Shown piece by piece: positions 1 to 8,969 of a DNA stretch of 32,608 bases (positions within the stretch are counted from its first letter, which is position 1; every line of letters starts with the position of its first letter). Under the pieces are notes generated by a model. The model was not told the origin of the DNA, did no database searches, and saw only the letters and a program-made list of their open reading frames with translations. Position numbers and translations under genes: made by a program. Origin of the DNA: Neolecta irregularis DAH-3 (lineage: Eukaryota); NCBI GenBank assembly GCA_001929475.1, contig LXFE01000467.1, positions 1 through 32,608 of the forward strand, written 5' to 3'.

Positions 1-50
1 CTCACACACCCCTTTGGCCCCGCCGCAATCTTCCCTCACACTCCCCAATC

Positions 51-2796
51 ATGGTTAGATTCACCGTCGAGGAGATCCGTGGTCTCATGGACAAGCCCAC
101 TAATGTGAGGCATGCTCTCCTCGTCTCCAGAGCCCGCTGCTGACCCCGCAGGAACATGTCCGTCATTGCCCATGTCGACCATGGCAAGTCGACTCTCACT
201 GACGCCCTTGTCCAGCGAGCCGGTATCATCTCGGCTGAAAAGGCTGGCACCGCCCGCTTTACCGATACGCGGCAGGACGAACAGGTTGCTTTGGTGCTCG
301 CCTCTTTTAACAGCGCAGGAGCGTGGTATCACCATCAAGTCTACCGCCATCTCTTTGTACGCAGAGCTGAGCGAAGACGATGTCAAGGATGTTCCTCAAA
401 AGTCTGATGGGAATCAGTTCTTGATCAATCTCATCGACTCGCCTGGCCACGTCGATTTCTCGTCCGAAGTCACTGCTGCTCTTCGTGTTACCGACGGCGC
501 TCTCGTCGTCGTTGATACTATCGATGGTGTCTGCGTCCAGACCGAAACGGTCTTGCGCCAAGCTCTGAGTGAACGGATCAAGCCTGTCGTCATGATCAAC
601 AAAGTTGATCGAGCTCTCCTCGAATTGCAGGTCGGCAAAGAAGACTTGTATCAATCCTTCTCTCGAACAATCGAGTCCATCAACGTCATCATTGCAATGT
701 ACCTAGACAAGGCCATTGGTGATGTTTCCGTCTACCCGGAAAAAGGCACCATTGCGTTTGGCTCTGGCCTTCATGGCTGGGCTTTCACCATCCGTCAGTT
801 TGCCCTCAGGTACGCAAAGAAATTTGGCGTCGACCGCGCCAAGATGATGGAGAGGCTTTGGGTATCGGTCCAATCAGTCTTACCCTAACACCTTAGGGAG
901 ATAACTTTTTCAACCCAAAGACAAAAAAGTGGACCAAAAACGGCACAGATGCCGACGGAAAATCCCTAGAGCGAGCTTTCAATATGTTTGTCTTGGATCC
1001 AATCTTTAGAATTTTCTCAGCCGTCATGAATTCAAAGAACGACGAAATCGCCACACTCCTCGAGAAACTTGAAATCTCGCTCAAAGCAGATGAACGAGCT
1101 CTGGAAGGCAAGCAGCTTCTCAAGATTGTAATGCGAAAGTTTCTTCCCGCTGCTGATGCTCTCTTGGAAATGCTCGTTATCCACCTTCCTTCTCCTCAAA
1201 CTGCTCAACGATACCGAGTCGAGACTCTCTACGAAGGTCCTATGGACGACGAATGTGCCAATGCGATTCGCGAATGTGATCCAAAAGGTCCTCTCATGTT
1301 GTATGTTTCCAAAATGGTTCCTACCTCCGATAAGGGTCGATTCTACGCTTTCGGTCGTGTCTTCTCGGGTACCGTTCGACCAGGTCTCAAGGTCAGAATC
1401 CAGGGTCAGAATTATGTCCCGGGATCCAAGTCAGATTTATTCATAAAGACTATCCAAAGAACAGTTCTTATGATGGGTAGAAATATCGAAGCTTTGGAGG
1501 ATTGTCCAGCCGGTAATATTGTTGGTCTTGTTGGTGTCGATCAATTCCTATTGAAAAGCGGAACCCTCACCACATCCGAAGTCGCCCACAACCTCAAGGT
1601 CATGAGATTCTCCGTATCCCCTGTTGTCAAGCGATCAGTCGCATGCAAGAATGCCAACGACTTGCCCAAGCTTGTCGAAGGTCTTAAGCGTCTCTCAAAG
1701 TCTGATCCTTGTGTTCTTTGCTACACCTCGGAAACTGGTGAACACATTGTCGCCGGTGCTGGTGAATTACATTTGGAGATCTGTTTAAAGGTATGTCTAT
1801 GCTTACAACCCGCTCTTAGTATCAGGATCTTGTGGAAGACCATGCCGGCGTTCCCCTCAATATTTCCGACCCAGTCGTTTCTTATCGAGAAACTGTTACA
1901 ACAGAAAGCGCAGGAACTGCTCTTTCAAAATCTCCGAATAAACACAATCGTATCTATATGAGGGCTGAACCTCTCACTGAAGAAGTCTCGAAAGATATTG
2001 AAGACAAGAAGATTTCCCCTCGTGAAGACTTCAAAACGCGAGCTCGTTATATGGCGGATGAACACAGTTGGGATGTGCAAGAGGCTAGAAAGATCTGGTG
2101 TTTTGGTCCCGATGTAAATCTGGCAATTTCATGCTTTTAACTTTTAGGGTCAAGGTGCCAACTTGCTAGTCGATCAAACAAAGGCTGTCGCCTATCTTCA
2201 GGAAATCAAAGATTCTTGCGTTGCTGCTTTTCAGTGGGCTACAAAGGAAGGACCCATCGCCGAAGAGGAGATGCGTGGCGTCAGATTCAATGTCCTCGAC
2301 GTAACGCTTCACACAGATGCTATCCATCGAGGTGGTGGCCAAATTATCCCTACCTGCCGTCGAGTCCTTTACGCTTCTGCTCTCATGGCTACCCCTGGTC
2401 TTCAAGAACCTGTTTTCTTGGTTGAAATACAATGCCCAGAGGCCGCTCTCGGTGGTATCTACTCCGTCCTCTCAAAGCGACGAGGTATCGTTTTTCAAGA
2501 AATGCAACGGCCTGGAACACCGTTGTTTAATATCAAGGCTTACTTGCCCGTTAACGAGTCCTTCAAGTTTGACGAGGAATTACGAAGTCAAACTGGAGGA
2601 CAGGTTTGTTCAATCTTTGATACTCGTTGACTCTTCACAGGCCTTTCCCCAGTCTGTCTTCAGTCACTGGCAGGATCTTCCAGGTGATCCAATGGATGCA
2701 AACTCTAAAGCGGGCGGCATTGTCAAAGAGACTCGTCTTCGAAAGGGACTGAAGGCTGAAATCGCGGGAGTAGAACATTACTATGACAAATTGTAA
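51..2796 (+). CDS. EFT2: Translation elongation factor 2 (eEF2), 7 exons; introns 110-151 (GC-AG), 285-318, 862-896, 1791-1825, 2114-2147, 2604-2640
   Basis: Spliced product [33 protein letters not shown]...ERGITIKS...[14 protein letters not shown]...NKVD...diphthamide loop [16 protein letters not shown]...YYDKL*. Each intron restores the conserved eEF2 sequence. Confidence 0.98.
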
Positions 2797-3056
2797 GATC
2801 CCCTCAGTTACTGTCTGCCCTAGAAAACAAAAAGAGAAATATGTCGATGCGCGGAATATCTACTTTGTATATCCATCAGTGCTTGAATATATTTCCCTTG
2901 TGTGCCTTTTACATGATCTTTGCCTTGACATTTCTAATTTCCCTTGTAATAATTCAAAATACAGCAGGCGAGGCCGGTAGGAAGGCCGTTAGGGAGGAGA
3001 CAGAAGGAGAAGCGCTCATAGTATGTTTTAATATCACTTGGAAAAGATGATGGAGG

Positions 3057-3283
3057 CGTACGGCCGCCGATGTCGTCAAAGGAGCCGTCGACGGCGGCGC
3101 GGTGTCGATGAGCAGGAGGAAGCAATACAGCGAGACCCTGGCCACGGCGAGCAGCAGCAGCGCGGAGAAGAGCAAGCCGCCGTTGGAGAAGCTGCGATGT
3201 TAGCACGGGCCGGCACCGCTGGGCGGGCACGCTTTGGGCAGAAACAGCACGTCGGTGCCGGCAAAGGACTTGAGCAGCAGAAC
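3057..3283 (-). pseudogene. Fragment of an Aa_trans (AVT3/AVT4-like) vacuolar amino-acid transporter gene with one intron (3192-3230) and a frameshift
   Basis: Spliced reading VLLLKSFAGTDVLFLPKA|FSNGGLLFSALLLLAVARVSLYCFLLLIDT, then after a 1-nt shift RAAVDGSFDDIGG. This matches the Avt3/4 motifs LLKSFVGTGVLFLP.AF.NGG and GSFGDIGG. The intron reads GTGCCC...GCTAAC...CAG. No start codon or downstream helices. Confidence 0.8.
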
Positions 3284-3510
3284 CTGCTTATAACGAATGT
3301 GGTTTTCAAGGGTAATGCTTTCCAAGTCATATAGCTGAGTATAGAACTAGGTACCAGACAGAAATGGGCGCCTTCTATAGCCGTTGCCGGCGAGGCTCCC
3401 TGCAGGTCAACAATCAAAGAGAGACAAAAGGAAACAAAATAGGAGGGCGAATCAATAACAGAAAAAAAAGAAAAACAACAGAATGGGAAGATTGCTACTC
3501 GCGAGAGGCC

Positions 3511-4875
3511 TTAGCTTTCAGTAATGACATCAACTAAAGATTCTCCTGCTAAAGTCCATGGAATGCTTTTCAACATTCGAGAGCCAAGATGATTTTCACT
3601 TCCGAGATCGCTTTGACGAACCTTGTAAACCCATGATAATACGAATGTCATCATACGGTATACGGTCCTTATTGGAAGGTGAGATCCAAGTACTACATGC
3701 TGTCGATAACCCATTGCACTCGTAACGTGCGCGACTACTAATAGTGCTGCTGTTCGCTGAGGACAAGATAAGTCTCCGAAACTGGGAGAGGATTTCTTTA
3801 TGGGGGACCGAATCACCGTCGTTCCCTTCTCAAGTTGAAGTAAACGATCTGTCTGCTGGCAGTATATTAAACAAGCTTCATCTATTCTCTTGGTTGCTTG
3901 GTCAGATTTACCGTCTGCAGAAATGTATGCAATCTCATCATGTGATTCGCCCGCAGTTATGGTAACATAGTGACCTGACCCAAACGAAACGGCCAATACA
4001 CGAGTGGGCTCACCAGTATCGTGCCTTTGTATGGCAAAGTAATACAAATCGGACTGATATGCATAAGAATCTTTGGGCCCGTACAACTTGAGAAAGATCA
4101 ATGCAAGCTGATCAAAGTAGGTTGTAGATTTAGGATCTGGAAGAGTCCATGATTTGAGTGCGGAAATGAGTGACTTTCGATTGAGGTTATGCGATAGCGA
4201 AGCTTGAGTTAGAGCACTTGAAGATCTAGGGCCGAAATCTTTCTCTGATCGTTCAGCAGCGTTCCCGGAAAGCATAATAAAATTGTCGCAAATCGCTGTT
4301 TGTTTATAATTGAGCGACTTGCATAACTCTTGTTGATGCCAACTTATCCATACCCCAATACGGTTAACGTAGAATATTAAAGACGATTTGTAAACAGCCG
4401 TCACAAAATCGCCTTTACGGTTGTTGACCCTAGAAAATAAGATGACTTTACAAATCTCGCTTTCATACTCATATAGCGACCGTAACTGATAGTCCCAATG
4501 AATCTCGCCTTCCTCCTGATAGAGCGACCGTAAGTGATGGACCGGGTCATCCAATTTCCTTAGGTCAAATGCGACTGCTTGCGCTGAATGACCAAAATGG
4601 TAGCAGTTGAGTGTTTTTTCGACATATGTTAAAAGGAAAGAATGGCAGAAATATGGGGCAATGACACATCTTGCAGCACAAACCTCTTCTGGAGTTTCTG
4701 TTTGGAGGCTTTCCATACCCTCCTCACAGATCTTCGTAAAATGAAGAGCGGTGTCTAATTTTTCGGGATTTACTGTCGCGACACCAACATGCTCAAACTC
4801 GTTGAAATCATGGAGGTACGAGTTTGCAAAGCAAAGCTTTCCATACAACGCGATAACAACCAAAGTCGACAACAT
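3511..4875 (-). CDS. Intronless secreted hypothetical protein (454 aa) with an N-terminal PAN/apple-like cysteine motif
   Basis: Long ORF with signal peptide MLSTLVVIALYGKLCFA. The motif EVCAARCVIAPYFCHSFLLTYVEKTLNCYHF fits the PAN pattern C-x3-C-x5/6-C-x-S-F...C. The remainder is unrecognised. Confidence 0.7.
   Translation of the reverse strand: MLSTLVVIALYGKLCFANSYLHDFNEFEHVGVATVNPEKLDTALHFTKICEEGMESLQTETPEEVCAARCVIAPYFCHSFLLTYVEKTLNCYHFGHSAQAVAFDLRKLDDPVHHLRSLYQEEGEIHWDYQLRSLYEYESEICKVILFSRVNNRKGDFVTAVYKSSLIFYVNRIGVWISWHQQELCKSLNYKQTAICDNFIMLSGNAAERSEKDFGPRSSSALTQASLSHNLNRKSLISALKSWTLPDPKSTTYFDQLALIFLKLYGPKDSYAYQSDLYYFAIQRHDTGEPTRVLAVSFGSGHYVTITAGESHDEIAYISADGKSDQATKRIDEACLIYCQQTDRLLQLEKGTTVIRSPIKKSSPSFGDLSCPQRTAALLVVAHVTSAMGYRQHVVLGSHLPIRTVYRMMTFVLSWVYKVRQSDLGSENHLGSRMLKSIPWTLAGESLVDVITES
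4453..4538. repeat. Tandem duplication, period 48 nt, inside the secreted ORF
   Basis: AATCTCGCTTTCATACTCATATAGCGACCGTAACTGAT (4453-4490) versus AATCTCGCCTTCCTCCTGATAGAGCGACCGTAAGTGAT (4501-4538), 32/38 identical. They encode LRSLYEYESEI and LRSLYQEEGEI. Confidence 0.9.
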
Positions 4876-5609
4876 GGTTTGTGATAAGTTAAAATAGGAT
4901 CAGGTAGTAAATACTGTTTTCATTCAGACGTAACTATGTACTCTGTCTCAACATTATGTTTCAGAATGTCGGAGGGTGTTGGAAAATGAGTTATTTCCGA
5001 GTAAGGCTGAACCCTAACACCTCGCAAGATCAGCAGCAGCAGACACAAAGGCGGCGAGGGCAGCAGCCGCGGGGGTAGGAACGCGGATATGGGTGAACTC
5101 ACAGAGCAGGGCAGGAGGTAGAGAGGCAGACATTGGAATAACATTTCCAGGAAATTATGAGATGACAGAACAAAAGTCTCTGATTCGAATGGATGTGGAC
5201 AATCAAGAGTGAAACAAGGTTTTCTGTGAGATAATATCTTAAAGATTATTCAAAAAGAGCATGTGGCACAAGCAGTGTTGGGGATGGTATGAAGTGGAAA
5301 ACAATGGTGATACAAAGATTTAGAAAAATAATGCAAGTCATGAAGAAAAAGCATTCCAAGAGGTGGATAATAGTGATTGGGAAGTGAGATGTTTGTATAT
5401 AGAGATGGAAGTTCCAGAGGGATAGTCTATTTTGTATCAACAAGATATCTATGGTATGAGAGGTATTGGATTTTTGTTAGGACGATGAGAGGAACCCACT
5501 CAATTTCACACAGGTCAATTTGATGGAATTCTCATTGAGATATCGAGGAAACAAGATCCTAACGGTATTAGCCATAAACATTGAAGAAAATTGTCAAATT
5601 AATTTTCGC

Positions 5610-6010
5610 AAAGGAGACGCCCAGATGCAGAATCGCGAGGCGAATCCGATGCAAGTGGTCCCGATCGAAACGGAGGTGAACTCGGAACTATATAACGAAA
5701 ATAAGCCAGAAACCCGTTATACTGTAAAACTTCCTGGATCCCAGCCGTATCTCAAAACGGTGTTAGTACGCCATACTCAGAATCGCAGCGCAGATCTGAT
5801 GCAAGTCCAACGAGTTCAAACGGATCAAAACTCACCATGTTATCAAGGAGTCAAAATCCAAAACTTGATGAAAAATAAAAAGGTTGATTGTTTTATTGCT
5901 GAAGAGACCCCCATGTGCAGAATCGCAAGGCAAATCCAATGCGATGGTTTTTATCGAGATTGAATGTACTCGGAGCTGTGTGGACGAAAACCTAGAAATG
6001 TTATATTACC
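5610..6010 (+). repeat. Degenerate tandem repeat, period 140-150 nt, three clear copies, overlapping ORF 5520-5963
   Basis: Core CAGAATCGC-n3-(G)C-n2-ATC-n2-ATGC at 5628, 5778 and 5918. Copies 1 and 3 align for about 100 nt. Copies 1 and 2 translate in frame as QNREANPMQV and QNRSADLMQV. Confidence 0.75.
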
Positions 6011-6085
6011 CTTGAGATTTTTGGAACAAATATTTGGATATTTGGATGGAAAAGGTGGCTGCTGAGCACGACTGGGTCAGTATTC

Positions 6086-6121
6086 TTTTCTTGAGATATT
6101 TTTCAGAATATCTCAAGAAAA
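6086..6121. repeat. Perfect 15-bp inverted repeat with a 6-nt loop
   Basis: TTTTCTTGAGATATT-tttcag-AATATCTCAAGAAAA. Confidence 0.9.
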
Positions 6122-6313
6122 CGTTGGAATAGAACGTGGCGTTTTCCGCATTAAATTATGGGATGGGCAGGGCTAGTAGAGTTGTGTAAGAGCTCAGATT
6201 GGAATGCTTGCTGAACCAAATTACCATAGTCCAGGCAATTATGAGGCATACATTATGATATGAAAGTATTACAAGCCCTGGCTCCTGTACAAAGTGCCTG
6301 TGCCATTTACATG

Positions 6314-8003
6314 TCAAATAAAAGTTAAATAGTCGCTCCAGTTTCCATCTAATGGGATGGGTGTCCAGATCGTGTAATCGACAGGATTTTCAATGACGTA
6401 GGGAATTGAGCTGGTATCCCATTCCGAGGTTTGTGTGTCTAAACGAGCTCGAGAAAGAATATCATACTACAACGGTCAGAAACTCTAGCAATGCTTGCGA
6501 ATCTCATACAAAATTCTCCACGCCTCTCCATAGGGATTTAACCCGTTTCAAGTGAGCCAGACATTTTGTCAGGGAATTTTCATGATCAAGGAGAACCATC
6601 GCACAATGAAATATGGCAAAGCTAACGAAAGGCACGTTTACCACAGGTTCTCCGACAGAAAGCAAAGCAAAAGCGTGACTTCTGGCTTTCGGACGGTCGA
6701 TATCACGATGAAGACAGATATGAGAGTAATGATAAAGGATGTGCATGAACTGGACCTTGGGAAATTCGTAAATTTCGGTGATCACTGGAAGATCGTTATG
6801 CCAAGCCTCCAGCAGGGTCGCGATTTTAACACGATCTGAATCCGAAACTGGGAACAGAGAAGGGAAAATTGTTTGGAGCTTGACGTTTTGAATGTAGTTC
6901 ATGGTACGACCATATATATCGACCAAACGTATAAGATGGGCAAAAGGTGTAAGCGGCATTGAACTGGCCGATGATCCTAGTGCAACATTGATCACTGGGA
7001 TCGGGGAGAAGACCTGAGTATCGTCGACAGGAAGCTGCAAACCTTGATCAAATGTGTTTGTGGTTAATGTCGAGCCAGACACATGCAGTCGTTCAAAGAT
7101 GAATAGCTGCCAGTATAATCGACGACCAAGCTCTCGATCCGTAAATAGTGGATGAGGTGGATCATGGTGGTCTGAGCTGCAGTCTCGTTCAAAATAACTG
7201 TCATATCTGAGCGCTCGACACATACGCAACGCAGTTCCTTTTAATTCAGTCATATGATAGTCAGAAAGAGGTGGGCAATTTTACCAAGGAAGAACCATGC
7301 TTTAGTGCCACGACCACATCCAAGCTCTTGGAGATAGAGCAATGCCAGAATTTGAGCTGCAGTGAAAGACGGGAGTTCGTTATCAAGGAGAGTCATTCGA
7401 GAGGCCGAAGCATACAACTGGCCTGAAAGGAATGACTGCTCACGATACTCTGCCTTTGGCGAAAATCTGATGTATTAGCAAATTGTGAAATTGTAACATG
7501 GACCGGGCAGAAACAGCACATATCGCATAAATTAAATGAGGGTCCAATCGATTCTGCTGCAGCTCGTTTAAAAACCAAGCCCGGTGTATAATTTCACCTA
7601 GATGAAGATTGATATGGGTGAAAAAGAGTGTGAGTAGTAATATTTGCGCCTCCTGATCAAGTCCATCGAGAGGAAGTAGAAGATTTGCGGGAATTGGTTC
7701 CAGCGAATGTGCTGTAGGATTGCTGGACCTTCGTCGCCCCTTCGCATTATCAGGCTTCTTTCAGTAAATTCTCAGATATGAACTAATGTATACGTTTGGT
7801 CTTGGCCCTCGTCGTGACAGGGCAATATCGTACTCGCAGGAGAGTCTCAGTTTTTCGCACCTAGCACACGGGTCTCCTCCACTACACTTAATCTAGAGAA
7901 TTAGTTATAGAAATTCTTCAATATTTGCCTTTCGTTCTCTGCAACCATGACATGCCTGGAGGAGTCGAGATCGTCTGCTTGGGCTCGCTGGAGAGGATAT
8001 CAT
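6314..8003 (-). CDS. Zn(II)2Cys6 transcription factor with a fungal-specific TF (middle homology) domain, about 6 exons
   Basis: MISSPASPSRRSRLLQACHGCRERK|IKCSGGDPCARCEKLRLSCEY, spliced over the GC-AG intron 7893-7928. Later motifs: FFTHIN...IIHRAWFL, KAWFFLGTALRMCRAL, RELGRRLYWQLFIFER. The last exon ends ...DYLTFI* at 6314. Confidence 0.92.
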
Positions 8004-8269
8004 TTTGGAGTTGCTAAGAGAAGTAGAAGGATTCTTATACAGGGAACAGTCGGTTATATCATTGCTACAAAGTGAAAAGTTTGAGAATTCGTCCAGGAAA
8101 GCAGGGATGGTATTGCAAAAAAGAAGCTAGGTCATTCTTCTTTCGACACATCATTTTAATCCGAAGTGGAGACGTGTTCACTTTGGGGATTCTCGCGTAG
8201 ATGTAAACGAGTTGGTAAGACGATCGACATGCCTTTTGTACCTTCAAACCAGTATTAGACGATGGAGAT

Positions 8270-8940
8270 CACGATAAGTTTCAAAAAATATGTTAAATCG
8301 ATGACACCGCCTCCTTAGGAAGCGGCCCATGCAATCTAAAATAGAACGGGCAACCATGTCAAAAGAATCCGATATGAATAATCGGAAGTGACAGCGTTAA
8401 AAGGTCCGTGTAAATCATTTTCTCATCACCAGAAGTCGAAAGACACGGCATAGTCCCTGAAAGGCATAAAGTTTGGTTGGTGTTCAGACTTGATTGACTG
8501 CAGACAATACTTATGGCTGTAACAATCGCCAACGATTGTTTTCACAGAACCTATGAAGGTATGGTCCATACCGTTAGTCGGGAGCCTCTTGCTGATAACA
8601 TCGATAAAGATAGCAATATTGAGGCGCGAGTGATGAATGACGTCCGGCGAGCAGCGTTTTCGAGGTAATGCGATGCGACGCGATAAACGTCAAGAGACAA
8701 ACAGGTTTGCGAGCCAATCTGCACACGATATTACTCTCGTTTCGAACAATCATCCCAATATCCAAGCGGTTTATAAGTTTATTACCACTATGATGTGGTT
8801 CCATGCGCCAATCTCAGTCCTCACCGCTTTCGGAACAACAAAAATAACATCTCCAACTTAAATATTGGTTTCATCCGGATGTCTCACATTAAGTCGTTCG
8901 CATCCGGAATTCTTCCGATGACTTCTCTAATATCCTCCGC
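8270..8940. promoter_or_regulatory. Bidirectional intergenic region with clustered GATAA sites and a repeated CATCCGGA box
   Basis: GATAA near 8273, 8594, 8603 and 8682. CATCCGGA at 8872-8879 and 8901-8908, with more CGG/CCG triplets just upstream of the permease ATG. Confidence 0.4.
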
Positions 8941-8969
8941 ACGTCCTCCATTTCCTGCTTGCTATCGAA

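Noticed and set aside
2-654. Minus-strand ORFs 2-250, 36-386, 307-654 and others overlapping eEF2
   Set aside because: Antisense shadows of a codon-biased conserved gene.
3021-4990. Weak similarity between 3021-3050 and 4954-4990 (TATGTTT...TTGGAAAA), each left of a GC-rich island, as possible element boundaries around the secreted gene
   Set aside because: Short, gapped and AT-rich, so not distinguishable from chance by eye.
5025-5135. GC-rich island that might be another captured gene fragment
   Set aside because: No recognisable protein motif in any frame.
5610-6010. Regularly spaced ~30-nt repeats as a CRISPR-like array
   Set aside because: Eukaryotic context, degenerate repeats, mutually homologous spacers and no cas genes.
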